A DNA stretch of 58,094 bases, taken from a virus. Its lineage: Duplodnaviria; Caudoviricetes. Positions within the stretch are counted from its first letter, which is position 1. Each line of letters opens with the position of its first letter. Below the pieces are notes generated by a model that searched no databases, was not told the origin of the DNA, and worked only from the letters and a program-made list of their open reading frames with translations. Both the position numbers and the translations under genes were made by a program. The stretch covers positions 1 through 58,094 of IMG/VR virus record IMGVR_UViG_3300027842_000016; one strand, 5' to 3'. Positions 8,509-17,135 of the stretch are shown one piece after another.

Positions 8509-9713
8509 CTCTCGAAGAAGTCTACATGCAACCAATCAATCTTTTGAAGGTCGGGGCAATCTGGCTGGCCGACACGATCAACCTGTGTTGGGACCCATTC
8601 GAGGATTACGTCGAGGAGCCTATGACGACTGACCTCACTGGTCTTGAGGCGCTGTTCGCTGCCGATTTAGAGGCTCGGTTTGTGCAACCGTCTGGTGAGT
8701 TCTGGTATCAGATACCCAGACCGTCTGATGCGGGCGATACCGCCCTCTTCCAGGGCCTCTACACCGGCTACAAGATCATCAAGGGCGACAACGTGGATAC
8801 GCAACTTGCGTTCATCAATACGTTTTTTAAGAACGGCGTCCTGGTCAGAGGGTACTACCCGAACGGAGAGCCAAATGATACGACTTCTAACGACTCAGCC
8901 ACAGGACTACTATTCTTCTTCTATGCAGCTCTGCGGTGGGGAAACAGTGATGTGCGTGCTAAAGCAGGAGCACTGCTTCGTACCTGGCTCAATAGCCTCA
9001 TTGCACATGGCGGTTGCCTCGTTGACCTTAATGGTCAGACTACTCCGTATGGAGCCCTCGACAACGGGGTGATGACGGACCCCCTCCGAATCACTCTCTA
9101 TTTGGCGCTCTTGGCTTTGGGGAAAGTCTACGCGCCGGACACTGTAATCTATCACAGTGAATACGCCAGAATCTACAGTACGTACTACCCGATTCTCGCG
9201 TACCCCAAGGTCAAGCTCCTGTGGTGGGACACGGACTACGACACCCATCGCGCTGCCATTCATCTGCACGTCCTGAAGTACCTTATGAACGATAAGGTAT
9301 ACGATAATGGACTTAAGCGGATATGGCGCATCTGCCACAAGACCAACAACGCATGGGTTTATGTGCTCGTTCGTGACGCCTTGGACAACCGGGATGACGC
9401 ATTGGTAGGGCGCATGTTGGGGACCTTCAGCTACCAGCGGAGAGAGCAAGGGAATATCCAGAGCCTAAACCCGACTGAGCCCAGTGTCTACTGGCCGCCC
9501 AAGCCTCCGGCATGGCTTCCGTCACTAGGCCAGCCAAAGCTCCGTTGCAAGCACGCCTTGCCGATCTATAAGCGTGGCAGCCAGGATTTCTTCTGGCAAC
9601 GGTCGATGTTCAGTCTGAATGAGTGGGTAGGAAACGTGAACGCTGACACTTACCACAGCGGCCTTGACATTCTCCTCTGTGGATGGATGGCAAGCAGGTT
9701 GGGGATTCTATGA
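8505..9713 (+). CDS. Hypothetical protein, helical and possibly an alpha/alpha-barrel enzyme (start may be 8622)
   Basis: 402-aa ORF, GDTALFQGLY and TSNDSATG segments; no family recognised with confidence. Confidence 0.7.
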   Translation: MTLEEVYMQPINLLKVGAIWLADTINLCWDPFEDYVEEPMTTDLTGLEALFAADLEARFVQPSGEFWYQIPRPSDAGDTALFQGLYTGYKIIKGDNVDTQLAFINTFFKNGVLVRGYYPNGEPNDTTSNDSATGLLFFFYAALRWGNSDVRAKAGALLRTWLNSLIAHGGCLVDLNGQTTPYGALDNGVMTDPLRITLYLALLALGKVYAPDTVIYHSEYARIYSTYYPILAYPKVKLLWWDTDYDTHRAAIHLHVLKYLMNDKVYDNGLKRIWRICHKTNNAWVYVLVRDALDNRDDALVGRMLGTFSYQRREQGNIQSLNPTEPSVYWPPKPPAWLPSLGQPKLRCKHALPIYKRGSQDFFWQRSMFSLNEWVGNVNADTYHSGLDILLCGWMASRLGIL

Positions 9714-9952
9714 GCGAACCGATTGACGTTCTTTATGACAGAGATGACCAGATGTACCCGGACTATCACTTACAGGTTGTAAGGGCCAAGGTGGGTGCTC
9801 ATCTGACCGTGAGCTACAAAGGAAAGCCGTTCTATGAGACAGAAGTCCCACTGTCCTATGGTGCTCCCTTTGGGCCGGACGTGTGCGACATCCAGGACTG
9901 GGGCATGATCGCTTGTGAGGTCACGGACAAGCACAGAGCAGACCATGCTTGA
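9710..9952 (+). CDS. Hypothetical protein
   Basis: ATGA coupling. Confidence 0.6.
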   Translation: MSEPIDVLYDRDDQMYPDYHLQVVRAKVGAHLTVSYKGKPFYETEVPLSYGAPFGPDVCDIQDWGMIACEVTDKHRADHA

Positions 9953-10379
9953 CATCAAAGCTGATCTTTGGAGTACCCCAGCCACAGGCATCTGCATAAC
10001 GACCAATGGATATGTAAAGCCCAATGGCCGCGCAGTCATGGGCCGTGGCTGTGCCTTGGAAGCCAAGCAAAGGATTCCAGACATTGATAAGACCCTGGGC
10101 CATGTCATCAAGATGTTTGGAAACCATGTGCATCCACTTCGAGTCATCGAGAACAAGGTGATCTACAGTTTTCCTGTGAAACACAACTGGTGGGAGAAGG
10201 CTGACATCGAATTGATTAAGCGGTCCTGCCTTGAGCTTAAGCAGTTTGCAGACGGGCCTGGTCATAAACTGGTTCTGTTGCCTCGACCTGGCTGTGGAAA
10301 TGGCCACCTGAGATGGGAGGACGTTAAGCCAGAGATTGAAAAACTTCTTCCTTTAAACGTGGCGGTGATCTCTAAATGA
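9945..10379 (+). CDS. Macro domain protein (TARG1/DarG-like ADP-ribosylhydrolase family)
   Basis: CITTNG...VMGRGCA...SFPVKHNW...LPRPGCGNGHLRWEDVKP. Confidence 0.82.
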   Translation: MLDIKADLWSTPATGICITTNGYVKPNGRAVMGRGCALEAKQRIPDIDKTLGHVIKMFGNHVHPLRVIENKVIYSFPVKHNWWEKADIELIKRSCLELKQFADGPGHKLVLLPRPGCGNGHLRWEDVKPEIEKLLPLNVAVISK

Positions 10380-10517
10380 CTCCTAGAGCGATTGCTTTTT
10401 TCTTCGGAGGTTACATATGCGTCCTTATATTGTGCTTTTGGCTTGTCTTGCGCTTTCAATGACCGGGTGTGCCTCGTGGATCACGGGCACTTGCACTCGT
10501 AAGCCTGGATCATATCA

Positions 10518-10874
10518 ATGGACTTGCCCGTGAAAACTATTATTGCTGGGTCAAGGAATGCACAGGTGACGATGAAGCAGCTGATGGACGCGATCCAACA
10601 GTCGGGGTTTCCTATCACAGAAGTGGTGAGTGGGAACTCAGGCAACGTGGACAAGCTTGGCGAACAATGGGCGAAAGCGATGAAGCTTCCCATCACCCAG
10701 TTCAACGCAGCCTGGCAAGCCTACGGATCAAGCGCCGGGCCTCGGCGAAACAGACAGATGGCTGCTTACGCAGACGCTCTCATCGCACTGTGGGATGGGA
10801 AGAGCCGTGGGACGTTGAACATGATCAAGGAAGCGACGAAGCACGAGTTGTCGGTCTACGTGATCAATATATGA
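10518..10874 (+). CDS. SLOG-superfamily protein (YspA/DUF2493-like)
   Basis: IIAGSR, VVSG..G.D, AGPRRNRQM, WDGKSRGT. Confidence 0.85.
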   Translation: MDLPVKTIIAGSRNAQVTMKQLMDAIQQSGFPITEVVSGNSGNVDKLGEQWAKAMKLPITQFNAAWQAYGSSAGPRRNRQMAAYADALIALWDGKSRGTLNMIKEATKHELSVYVINI

Positions 10875-11145
10875 GGCAAAAAGCCTCGGAGGAGATCAAA
10901 TGGCTAATTTCTTAGGCATTCTTGCAGGAGCGTCGTTGAGCGCGGCATTCGTATTCCCGAAGCCGATTTGTTATATTGCCGCCGTCGTATGCGCGGCTGC
11001 CGTGAGTCTGCTTCGCTTCTTTTTCTAATGGCGACGTTGGAAAGGGAGCAGCCGGAGGGAGAGATTCAGGTGTGTAAGTGGTGTCGAATGGGAATGCACT
11101 ACAAGTGCGAGAGGCACAAACTGCACACGATCTGCATATGCGATT

Positions 11146-11832
11146 GTGAGAGAGGGTACTGACATGTGGCATTGGCTGGTGCTTCATCTTCTGCTGTTCA
11201 ACCACAATGTGATCGGCGTGGAGAAGTATTGCGCTTACGACTTCGATTCTAAGAGGTGGGAGTGCAACTACAAGACCACGCAGGAGTGCATGGCGTACAA
11301 CACATATTGCGGAGAGAGGTCGGATGACTAGGAAGTTTGCTGTCGTCAAAGGACAGCGCGAGTACACCGTTCCCCTTTCGAGCGGAGTGGAGTATTGCGT
11401 GTCCGGCAGCGGCACGTTCACCCTTGAGGTTCTGCACAATGGAAACCTCGTCTACGCGCTGATCCTGCGTGAGGACTACGTGCAGTTACCGGCGTTCCAG
11501 GACAACGTGAACCTGCGGTTAGTAGGAAGGGACACGATGGAGTTCACGATCTTCGTGTCAGACAACAGGCTTTTTTAGGAGAGATATTGATGGACGATCT
11601 AGGGATGAGTTATTTAATTCGAGGATATGATGCGAAGCTGTTAAAAAGGTTGAATGATGAGTTGAAGTTCCTTGACTTATTCAAACGCCACGATCTTCCT
11701 GAGCCTACACCTGAAGAACTTCGACGAATGCGAATTCAGAATGCTTGGTATGAGCGCCGAGTTAACCGTGTCAAGAAGGTAATGGCAGCCTACCACATCA
11801 GTGCTTCAGCTCTATGCGATTGTGATTATTGA
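11146..11832 (+). CDS. Three small hypothetical genes (11146-11331, 11324-11578, 11587-11832); end of the + arm
   Basis: Closely packed ORFs with purine-rich RBS. Confidence 0.5.
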
Positions 11833-12263
11833 GTAGTAAAATCCTCATGAACGAGCAGTGTGATTTCTTCGCCCTGGTCAAAAGCATTCTTAAGCACCGG
11901 GAAAAGTCTGCCGAACGCGGCCTTCGACTGGTTTACAAAGTCGTCATTGACAATATTGTCAGCAACGATAACACACCCTTCGGTATCCTTGTCAGTGTCT
12001 CCGCAGTGGATTCGGATGCCCGTATAGCCGTTGACTTCGCTCCCATCCAGCTCAAGGATGTGGGGCATCAGTTTCTGGAAACGATTAGAGAAGTCAATGG
12101 TTACCTTGTAGGTCCTGGCGGGGATGCAGCTCTTATAACCTTCCGGGAATCCGACAGGGTGTACTGCTCTCTCCAATGTGTCGCAGAACGTATCGCCATT
12201 CACGAAAAACCTTCCTAACGTACTCTTCCCGCCCGTCCTAAACCTGTTGATCCGTAGTTCCAT
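11826..12263 (-). CDS. DUF5675-like L,D-transpeptidase-fold protein; candidate endolysin
   Basis: STLG...CDTLE...CIPARTY...GIRIHCGD..KDTEGCVIV; last gene of the structural arm, downstream of a holin-like gene. Confidence 0.72.
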   Translation of the reverse strand: MELRINRFRTGGKSTLGRFFVNGDTFCDTLERAVHPVGFPEGYKSCIPARTYKVTIDFSNRFQKLMPHILELDGSEVNGYTGIRIHCGDTDKDTEGCVIVADNIVNDDFVNQSKAAFGRLFPVLKNAFDQGEEITLLVHEDFTTQ

Positions 12264-12529
12264 TGATAATCAAACCCCCATTGTTAACGTTCGGTAATTA
12301 TCCCCGTTCTGGTATAAATCCCGATTATCCTTTTTAAGGGATACTTCGATGTGTTTAAATACATATAATCACTATCCATTTAGGTAGTTAAACACATATT
12401 TTTGAAAGAAAAATATACATGTTTTTCTTGCAAGCTCTACCTAAAAAGAAAGCCATAGACCTTGCGATCTATGGCTCGAATGGCCGGGGGAGGAGGCCCA
12501 ACCATCCTGTTCGCCGGTCGCGCAACCGG

Positions 12530-12733
12530 CTAAGCGTGCGGCCACGGCCTGAAGTAGGAGCCGCTGTCGTCCGGCTTGTCCACCTTGAGTCTGCCGTGGT
12601 TCTCCTCGATGTCGTAATTGAAATTGCACTGCTTGCAATACGTGATGAGCCAGGACTTCTTCTTGTTCTTACCGTCAACCTCGATGCGCTGGGCGAGCTG
12701 CGGGTAATGGTAGGTTCCGGGGCATGGTTCCAT
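12530..12733 (-). CDS. Hypothetical protein (CxxC)
   Basis: GGGAGG RBS; ORF track. Confidence 0.5.
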   Translation of the reverse strand: MEPCPGTYHYPQLAQRIEVDGKNKKKSWLITYCKQCNFNYDIEENHGRLKVDKPDDSGSYFRPWPHA

Positions 12734-12745
12734 AAGAGCCTCCCA

Positions 12746-13012
12746 TTATCGGACAAAGTGTTGCACTACTGCTGTCAGCACCGCAATCACCCCTCCACTG
12801 GCCACTAAAATCAATACCTCATGCCACGACTTCATTCGTGACTTCTTGTCATTCTCCAAGGCCTTTATACGCATGTCCTGCATACTCTGCGTGGCAACCA
12901 GGCCAAGGTTCCCATTCCCTCGTATGATGTGGTCAAGCCCGTCAACGGTCGATTTGACATCGGCCAGCGTGCTCTCCATCCTCCCTAAGCGAACTTCCCA
13001 TTTCTGTGCCAT
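12746..13012 (-). CDS. Putative holin or membrane protein
   Basis: N-terminal coiled coil and a single C-terminal TM helix; near the lysin candidate. Confidence 0.5.
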   Translation of the reverse strand: MAQKWEVRLGRMESTLADVKSTVDGLDHIIRGNGNLGLVATQSMQDMRIKALENDKKSRMKSWHEVLILVASGGVIAVLTAVVQHFVR

Positions 13013-13021
13013 GACTCCCCC

Positions 13022-13246
13022 TTATTCCGTCAGTCCCTTGACCACGGCCTTGTTATGGCTGACCGTTGGGAACTTCTTGTGCACCGCCGCCCGGACCCTG
13101 GCCATCTCAGCCGGTGAGCCGTGCTGGGCCACCCGCGCAAGGGCGTTGCGAGCATGGGCGAGGTCATTGATGGGGTAGGCCCTCTTCCCAGGGAACACGA
13201 ATGACTTCTTTGGAAGGTTTTTACGGGCTTCATAGCTCAATTTCAT
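13022..13246 (-). CDS. Small basic phage protein (DUF6582-like)
   Basis: RKNLPKKSFVFP..RAYPINDLAHARNALARV. Confidence 0.65.
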   Translation of the reverse strand: MKLSYEARKNLPKKSFVFPGKRAYPINDLAHARNALARVAQHGSPAEMARVRAAVHKKFPTVSHNKAVVKGLTE

Positions 13247-13320
13247 AGTCCAGCTCCTTTCTGGGGTTTTACCCCCGATTTTTCTTAAATCTGTGTGCCA
13301 GGATTGATTCTACAGCGTTC

Positions 13321-14670
13321 TTACTGAGTGAGGCCTTGGTAGACGGCATTGGCCGCCGCAGGAGCGCCCCGGATGGCCGATTGTATGGCCGGATTGATCA
13401 TGGGAACGCCACCGAGGAGAATCTTGCCCAAAAGTGACTGTTGGAGGGCGGCTTTGGCCGCCGCATTGGCCACATTGCCGGTCAGCTGGGCCCCGCCGGG
13501 GAGCGCCTCAAGCGCGGCCCGCGTCGCCAGGGCGTTCGGGTCCGTCACCTTGCCCAGGGCCTTGATCGTCCAGTCGGCTGGCTTGCCTTCCCGGACTCCT
13601 AAATTCGTTTGGAGCGTGTTCAGCGGCCCGCGAGTGGCGGCAGAGGCCTCGATGCCCTCTTTATAGGCTGGATTCTGGGCTTTCAGGGCGTTGCTGAGCT
13701 GCTGGCGCACCGTCCGCAGCTGATTTGACCAATCTGGCGCGGATTTGCTGTTATATTTGATCAGATCATCGAGATCGGAGACGGCCTGGCCGACGTTCGC
13801 CTCGGAAGAGTCCTTTTGGACTGATTTTACGATGTCCGCGAGCTTGTCAGTGGCCAACTGGTTGGCCGATTTGTCGTTGGTGAGCTTGCCGAGGGTGTCC
13901 TGGACCAATTTTCCTGCGCCTTCCACCTCAGTTTCATCGCTCAAAGCCTCGGTTGCCGTCTTGGCAGCCGCCTGACCACGTTTTGCGATGCCTTTTAAGA
14001 AGGAACCCACGTCCTCAGCCGTGCCTTTCATGCCCTGAGCGGCGCTCACAGCCTCTGGATTCTCTGCCAGGGCCGAAACGGCCTCTGGTTCAGTGCCTAG
14101 AACCTTGCCAGCGAACTCCGACACTGGCGGAACTGCGCCGGTCAGGCCCTTGAACACCGTGCTCGCGGCCTTTCCAAGGCCAGCCGCTACCGGCTCGGCC
14201 ACTGCGCCACCCAGTCCTTGTAAAGCGATCTGATTTGGCGTGAAAAACGATCCGATTCCAGCCCCCACCTTACCTGCGGTGCTGGTCGCCGGTTGCCCAG
14301 CCTCCACATTGGTGACATCCTGGCCAGCCTGTGCCAGCGCGTCAGTCATGCTGGGAGCCTGTAGATTTAGTCCGGGGACTAAAAGATTGGCAGTCTTGGG
14401 CAGTATCGAGGCGTCCAGGTCCGCGATCCCGGCCCCACCAGCCTTGACCATATTCCCTACGTCCTTGCTCGCACCCATGATTTCATCAATGGGCCCCTGT
14501 CCATTGGCGGACGCAAGATTCCCAAGCAGAGTTTTGTCACCCTCTTCCAACATGTCGCCGTACTGAGGGAATTTCGTCACGACCTTCTGGACGAGCTGCA
14601 AGTTGTCCATGTCGTTGTACTCAGGGTGCTTGGCTTTGATCTTCTGAGCCAGGGTGTCGATGGAGGACAT
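13321..14670 (-). CDS. Putative internal virion/ejection protein
   Basis: Ala/Gly-rich helical protein; position after the tail nozzle gene as in podoviruses. Confidence 0.6.
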   Translation of the reverse strand: MSSIDTLAQKIKAKHPEYNDMDNLQLVQKVVTKFPQYGDMLEEGDKTLLGNLASANGQGPIDEIMGASKDVGNMVKAGGAGIADLDASILPKTANLLVPGLNLQAPSMTDALAQAGQDVTNVEAGQPATSTAGKVGAGIGSFFTPNQIALQGLGGAVAEPVAAGLGKAASTVFKGLTGAVPPVSEFAGKVLGTEPEAVSALAENPEAVSAAQGMKGTAEDVGSFLKGIAKRGQAAAKTATEALSDETEVEGAGKLVQDTLGKLTNDKSANQLATDKLADIVKSVQKDSSEANVGQAVSDLDDLIKYNSKSAPDWSNQLRTVRQQLSNALKAQNPAYKEGIEASAATRGPLNTLQTNLGVREGKPADWTIKALGKVTDPNALATRAALEALPGGAQLTGNVANAAAKAALQQSLLGKILLGGVPMINPAIQSAIRGAPAAANAVYQGLTQ

Positions 14671-15854
14671 TATCTGATACCTAGCGGATCATTCGCAGCG
14701 GGTGCGCCCCCTGGTGCTGGGGCTGTGCCGCCGGTCGGAGCTGCGGCCCCGGCTGGCGCTGAAAGCTCCTGCTTCGCCTCTGTGATAGCTGGTCCTGCCC
14801 CGGCTGACAGCCCGGCCATGACTGTGCCGGTCTTGTCCTGAAGCATCTGCTGCCACCGGGCTGGGTCCTTCTGAATAATCTTCTTGTAACCAGCCTGTTC
14901 GGACTGGATGTCTGACACGAGCATGTTCTCCGAACTCACAAGGAGTCGACTGATGAGCTGGGTCAGGTATTGGCGCTGGTTACCGATGTCGCCCTGGAAG
15001 AAACTGAACTTGCCGGTGTACTTGGAGATGACCTTGTTGATCTCGTCCTTCGCCGTCAAAAATGATGTCGCGTCCTTGCCTGTGACGGGCGGAACGCCGC
15101 CTTGGAAGATACCCGCGATGTCGTCATGCACGAACCCAAGGACCTGGGGCGTCAATGGCTGACCGTTGGTCATTTCGTTTAGAGCACGAGTGGCACGCTG
15201 CACAGCTTGGACGAGCGAGTTGCCACGGCTCGTGCGCGTGTATTTATTGATCTCCGCGTCGAGCTTCTGCCACTGCTTCTCATCGGCCTCTGATTCCTTG
15301 AGATCGACTCCGGCTTCCTTGGCAGCAATGCCTTCGCCACCGGCTCGGATATACTGTGTCTCCCCAGTGTTGGGGTCTACGAACGCTTGATAGGACTGCC
15401 CGGAGATGAGAGGCTTACCGGCCTCGTCCACCTTCCCGGCCTTAACGTCCTCGTCAGTCGCCACAAATGGTTGTCCTGCCCGCTGAGCAAGCTGCTTCTT
15501 TCGGATCACGGTGTCAACCGACTGGCGGCTGACTTCCTTCTGATCACCAATAGAATCTGTGAACGCTTTGATGTCATCGTCACTGACGCCAGCGGCCTTC
15601 AGTTCTCCGACAGCCTCTTGGACAGAAAGAAAGTCTTTCAGCTCCGGGTTGACACCAAGGTCAGCAGCCGACTGGCTCTGCTTCAATTTGAGCTTGGCCT
15701 GGTCAATGAGCGCCTGTTGATACTGCTGTTGCTGGGAGTTCCGTGCAATCTGGTTGGCGAAATCCACATAGGTCATCGCCGGATTGTTATCGTTGAGCCC
15801 CTCGGCCTCATTGGCTTGCTGCTGAGTCGTCTGGATGTTAAAGTTTTCAGCCAT
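14670..15854 (-). CDS. Putative internal virion/ejection protein
   Basis: Gln-rich helical protein; synteny. Confidence 0.6.
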   Translation of the reverse strand: MAENFNIQTTQQQANEAEGLNDNNPAMTYVDFANQIARNSQQQQYQQALIDQAKLKLKQSQSAADLGVNPELKDFLSVQEAVGELKAAGVSDDDIKAFTDSIGDQKEVSRQSVDTVIRKKQLAQRAGQPFVATDEDVKAGKVDEAGKPLISGQSYQAFVDPNTGETQYIRAGGEGIAAKEAGVDLKESEADEKQWQKLDAEINKYTRTSRGNSLVQAVQRATRALNEMTNGQPLTPQVLGFVHDDIAGIFQGGVPPVTGKDATSFLTAKDEINKVISKYTGKFSFFQGDIGNQRQYLTQLISRLLVSSENMLVSDIQSEQAGYKKIIQKDPARWQQMLQDKTGTVMAGLSAGAGPAITEAKQELSAPAGAAAPTGGTAPAPGGAPAANDPLGIR

Positions 15855-15866
15855 TAGATTCTCCCC

Positions 15867-16862
15867 TTACGCGAGCAGCCCAGCATACGCCGGAGCCGCC
15901 GATGGACCATAGTTGCTTCCCGGAGGAGGCGTTGAAGCCAATCCCTGTTGGAAGAGGCTGGCATAGTCTTGTCCGCCACCTGTGTTACCGCCCGATGTTC
16001 CTGGCTGTGCCAGGGCTGAGAACAAATTCGCTCCTGTGCCGACTAGGCCGTTAACGACGGCTGCCTGGTTGGCGTTCTGAGCCACAGCATTCTCGTATGC
16101 GGCGTTGGAGCCGATGCCTTGGAGGGCAAGGGTCTGGCCCGTCTGCGTGCGCGACTGATTGATCAACTCCGCCAGCTGGTTCTGCAAGTCCTGACGACCC
16201 GACTGAAGGATTTGAGTAGCCTGGTCCTTGCTCATGCCGAAGATGGAATTGGCCGTGGCGTCATCCATCGCGGCAATCTTGTTCAGCGCGGCTTGCACAT
16301 TCTGTTGCTGGGCAGTCAGCTGGGAGCCCGTTACATTGGCCGCTTGCTGGCCGAACTGCAAGGCTGGTGCGATTGTGGCGTTCGTGATGGCGCGAGCCGC
16401 AGCACCACGGTTCAACCCGCCCGATCCGGCAAGGTTGGCCTTCAAAGCGTTGATGGTCCCCGGCAAAGTCGAGTAGTCCTGAGTCCGCAGAGCAGCGAGA
16501 GTGGCCTGGACGGCAGGGGAATTGGGGCCGTAAAGATTCTGTGTGTTGGTCAGGAGGTTCTGACCGATGCCAGTCGTGGCCCCTTGAAGCGTGGTTCCAG
16601 CCGTGCCCAAGGACGCCTTGTACTGCGCGTATAGAGGTTGAAGGTCAACTGGGAGCTGCTTGATGAGCTGTTGTTCATTCTGACCGGCTTTCGCTATGGT
16701 GTTGAATAGCGCGGCAAGATCAGGAGTGGGCTGACTGCGATCCCCATTCAAGAGGCCCGCGAGAACTCCACCCGCCCCTCCAATGACCGCTCCCCACGGT
16801 CCACCCACTGCTCCACCAGCGGCAGCGCCTTGAGCGCCATTTTGAACAACTTGATCAGCCAT
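15867..16862 (-). CDS. Putative DNA pilot/ejection protein
   Basis: Glycine-zipper N-terminus GAAAGGAVGGPWGAVIGG; Gln/Ala-rich. Confidence 0.65.
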   Translation of the reverse strand: MADQVVQNGAQGAAAGGAVGGPWGAVIGGAGGVLAGLLNGDRSQPTPDLAALFNTIAKAGQNEQQLIKQLPVDLQPLYAQYKASLGTAGTTLQGATTGIGQNLLTNTQNLYGPNSPAVQATLAALRTQDYSTLPGTINALKANLAGSGGLNRGAAARAITNATIAPALQFGQQAANVTGSQLTAQQQNVQAALNKIAAMDDATANSIFGMSKDQATQILQSGRQDLQNQLAELINQSRTQTGQTLALQGIGSNAAYENAVAQNANQAAVVNGLVGTGANLFSALAQPGTSGGNTGGGQDYASLFQQGLASTPPPGSNYGPSAAPAYAGLLA

Positions 16863-16874
16863 GTTATTTCTCCA

Positions 16875-17135
16875 TTAAATTGCCGTGAAGGCCGGTGACT
16901 TGAACCAGCCACGGTTTGTCTTTACGACCAGATAGACTGAACTTCCTGTGTCCACGATTGACACCTGCTGCAACGAGCCGTCCGTGGACTTAGGGTTCGA
17001 CGTTAAAATCAGGTGGTCGTGCGCCGCCCGGAACAAGTCCGACAGCGAGTATTGGATCGTCGCCGTGTAGTCGATCAGCATTGGCCTGTCCTCCTGCGTC
17101 GGAGGGTTGAGCGGCTTGCGCTGTGACTTAGCCAT
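16875..17135 (-). CDS. Small virion-associated protein
   Basis: ATG overlapping the end of the 1165-aa gene. Confidence 0.55.
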   Translation of the reverse strand: MAKSQRKPLNPPTQEDRPMLIDYTATIQYSLSDLFRAAHDHLILTSNPKSTDGSLQQVSIVDTGSSVYLVVKTNRGWFKSPAFTAI

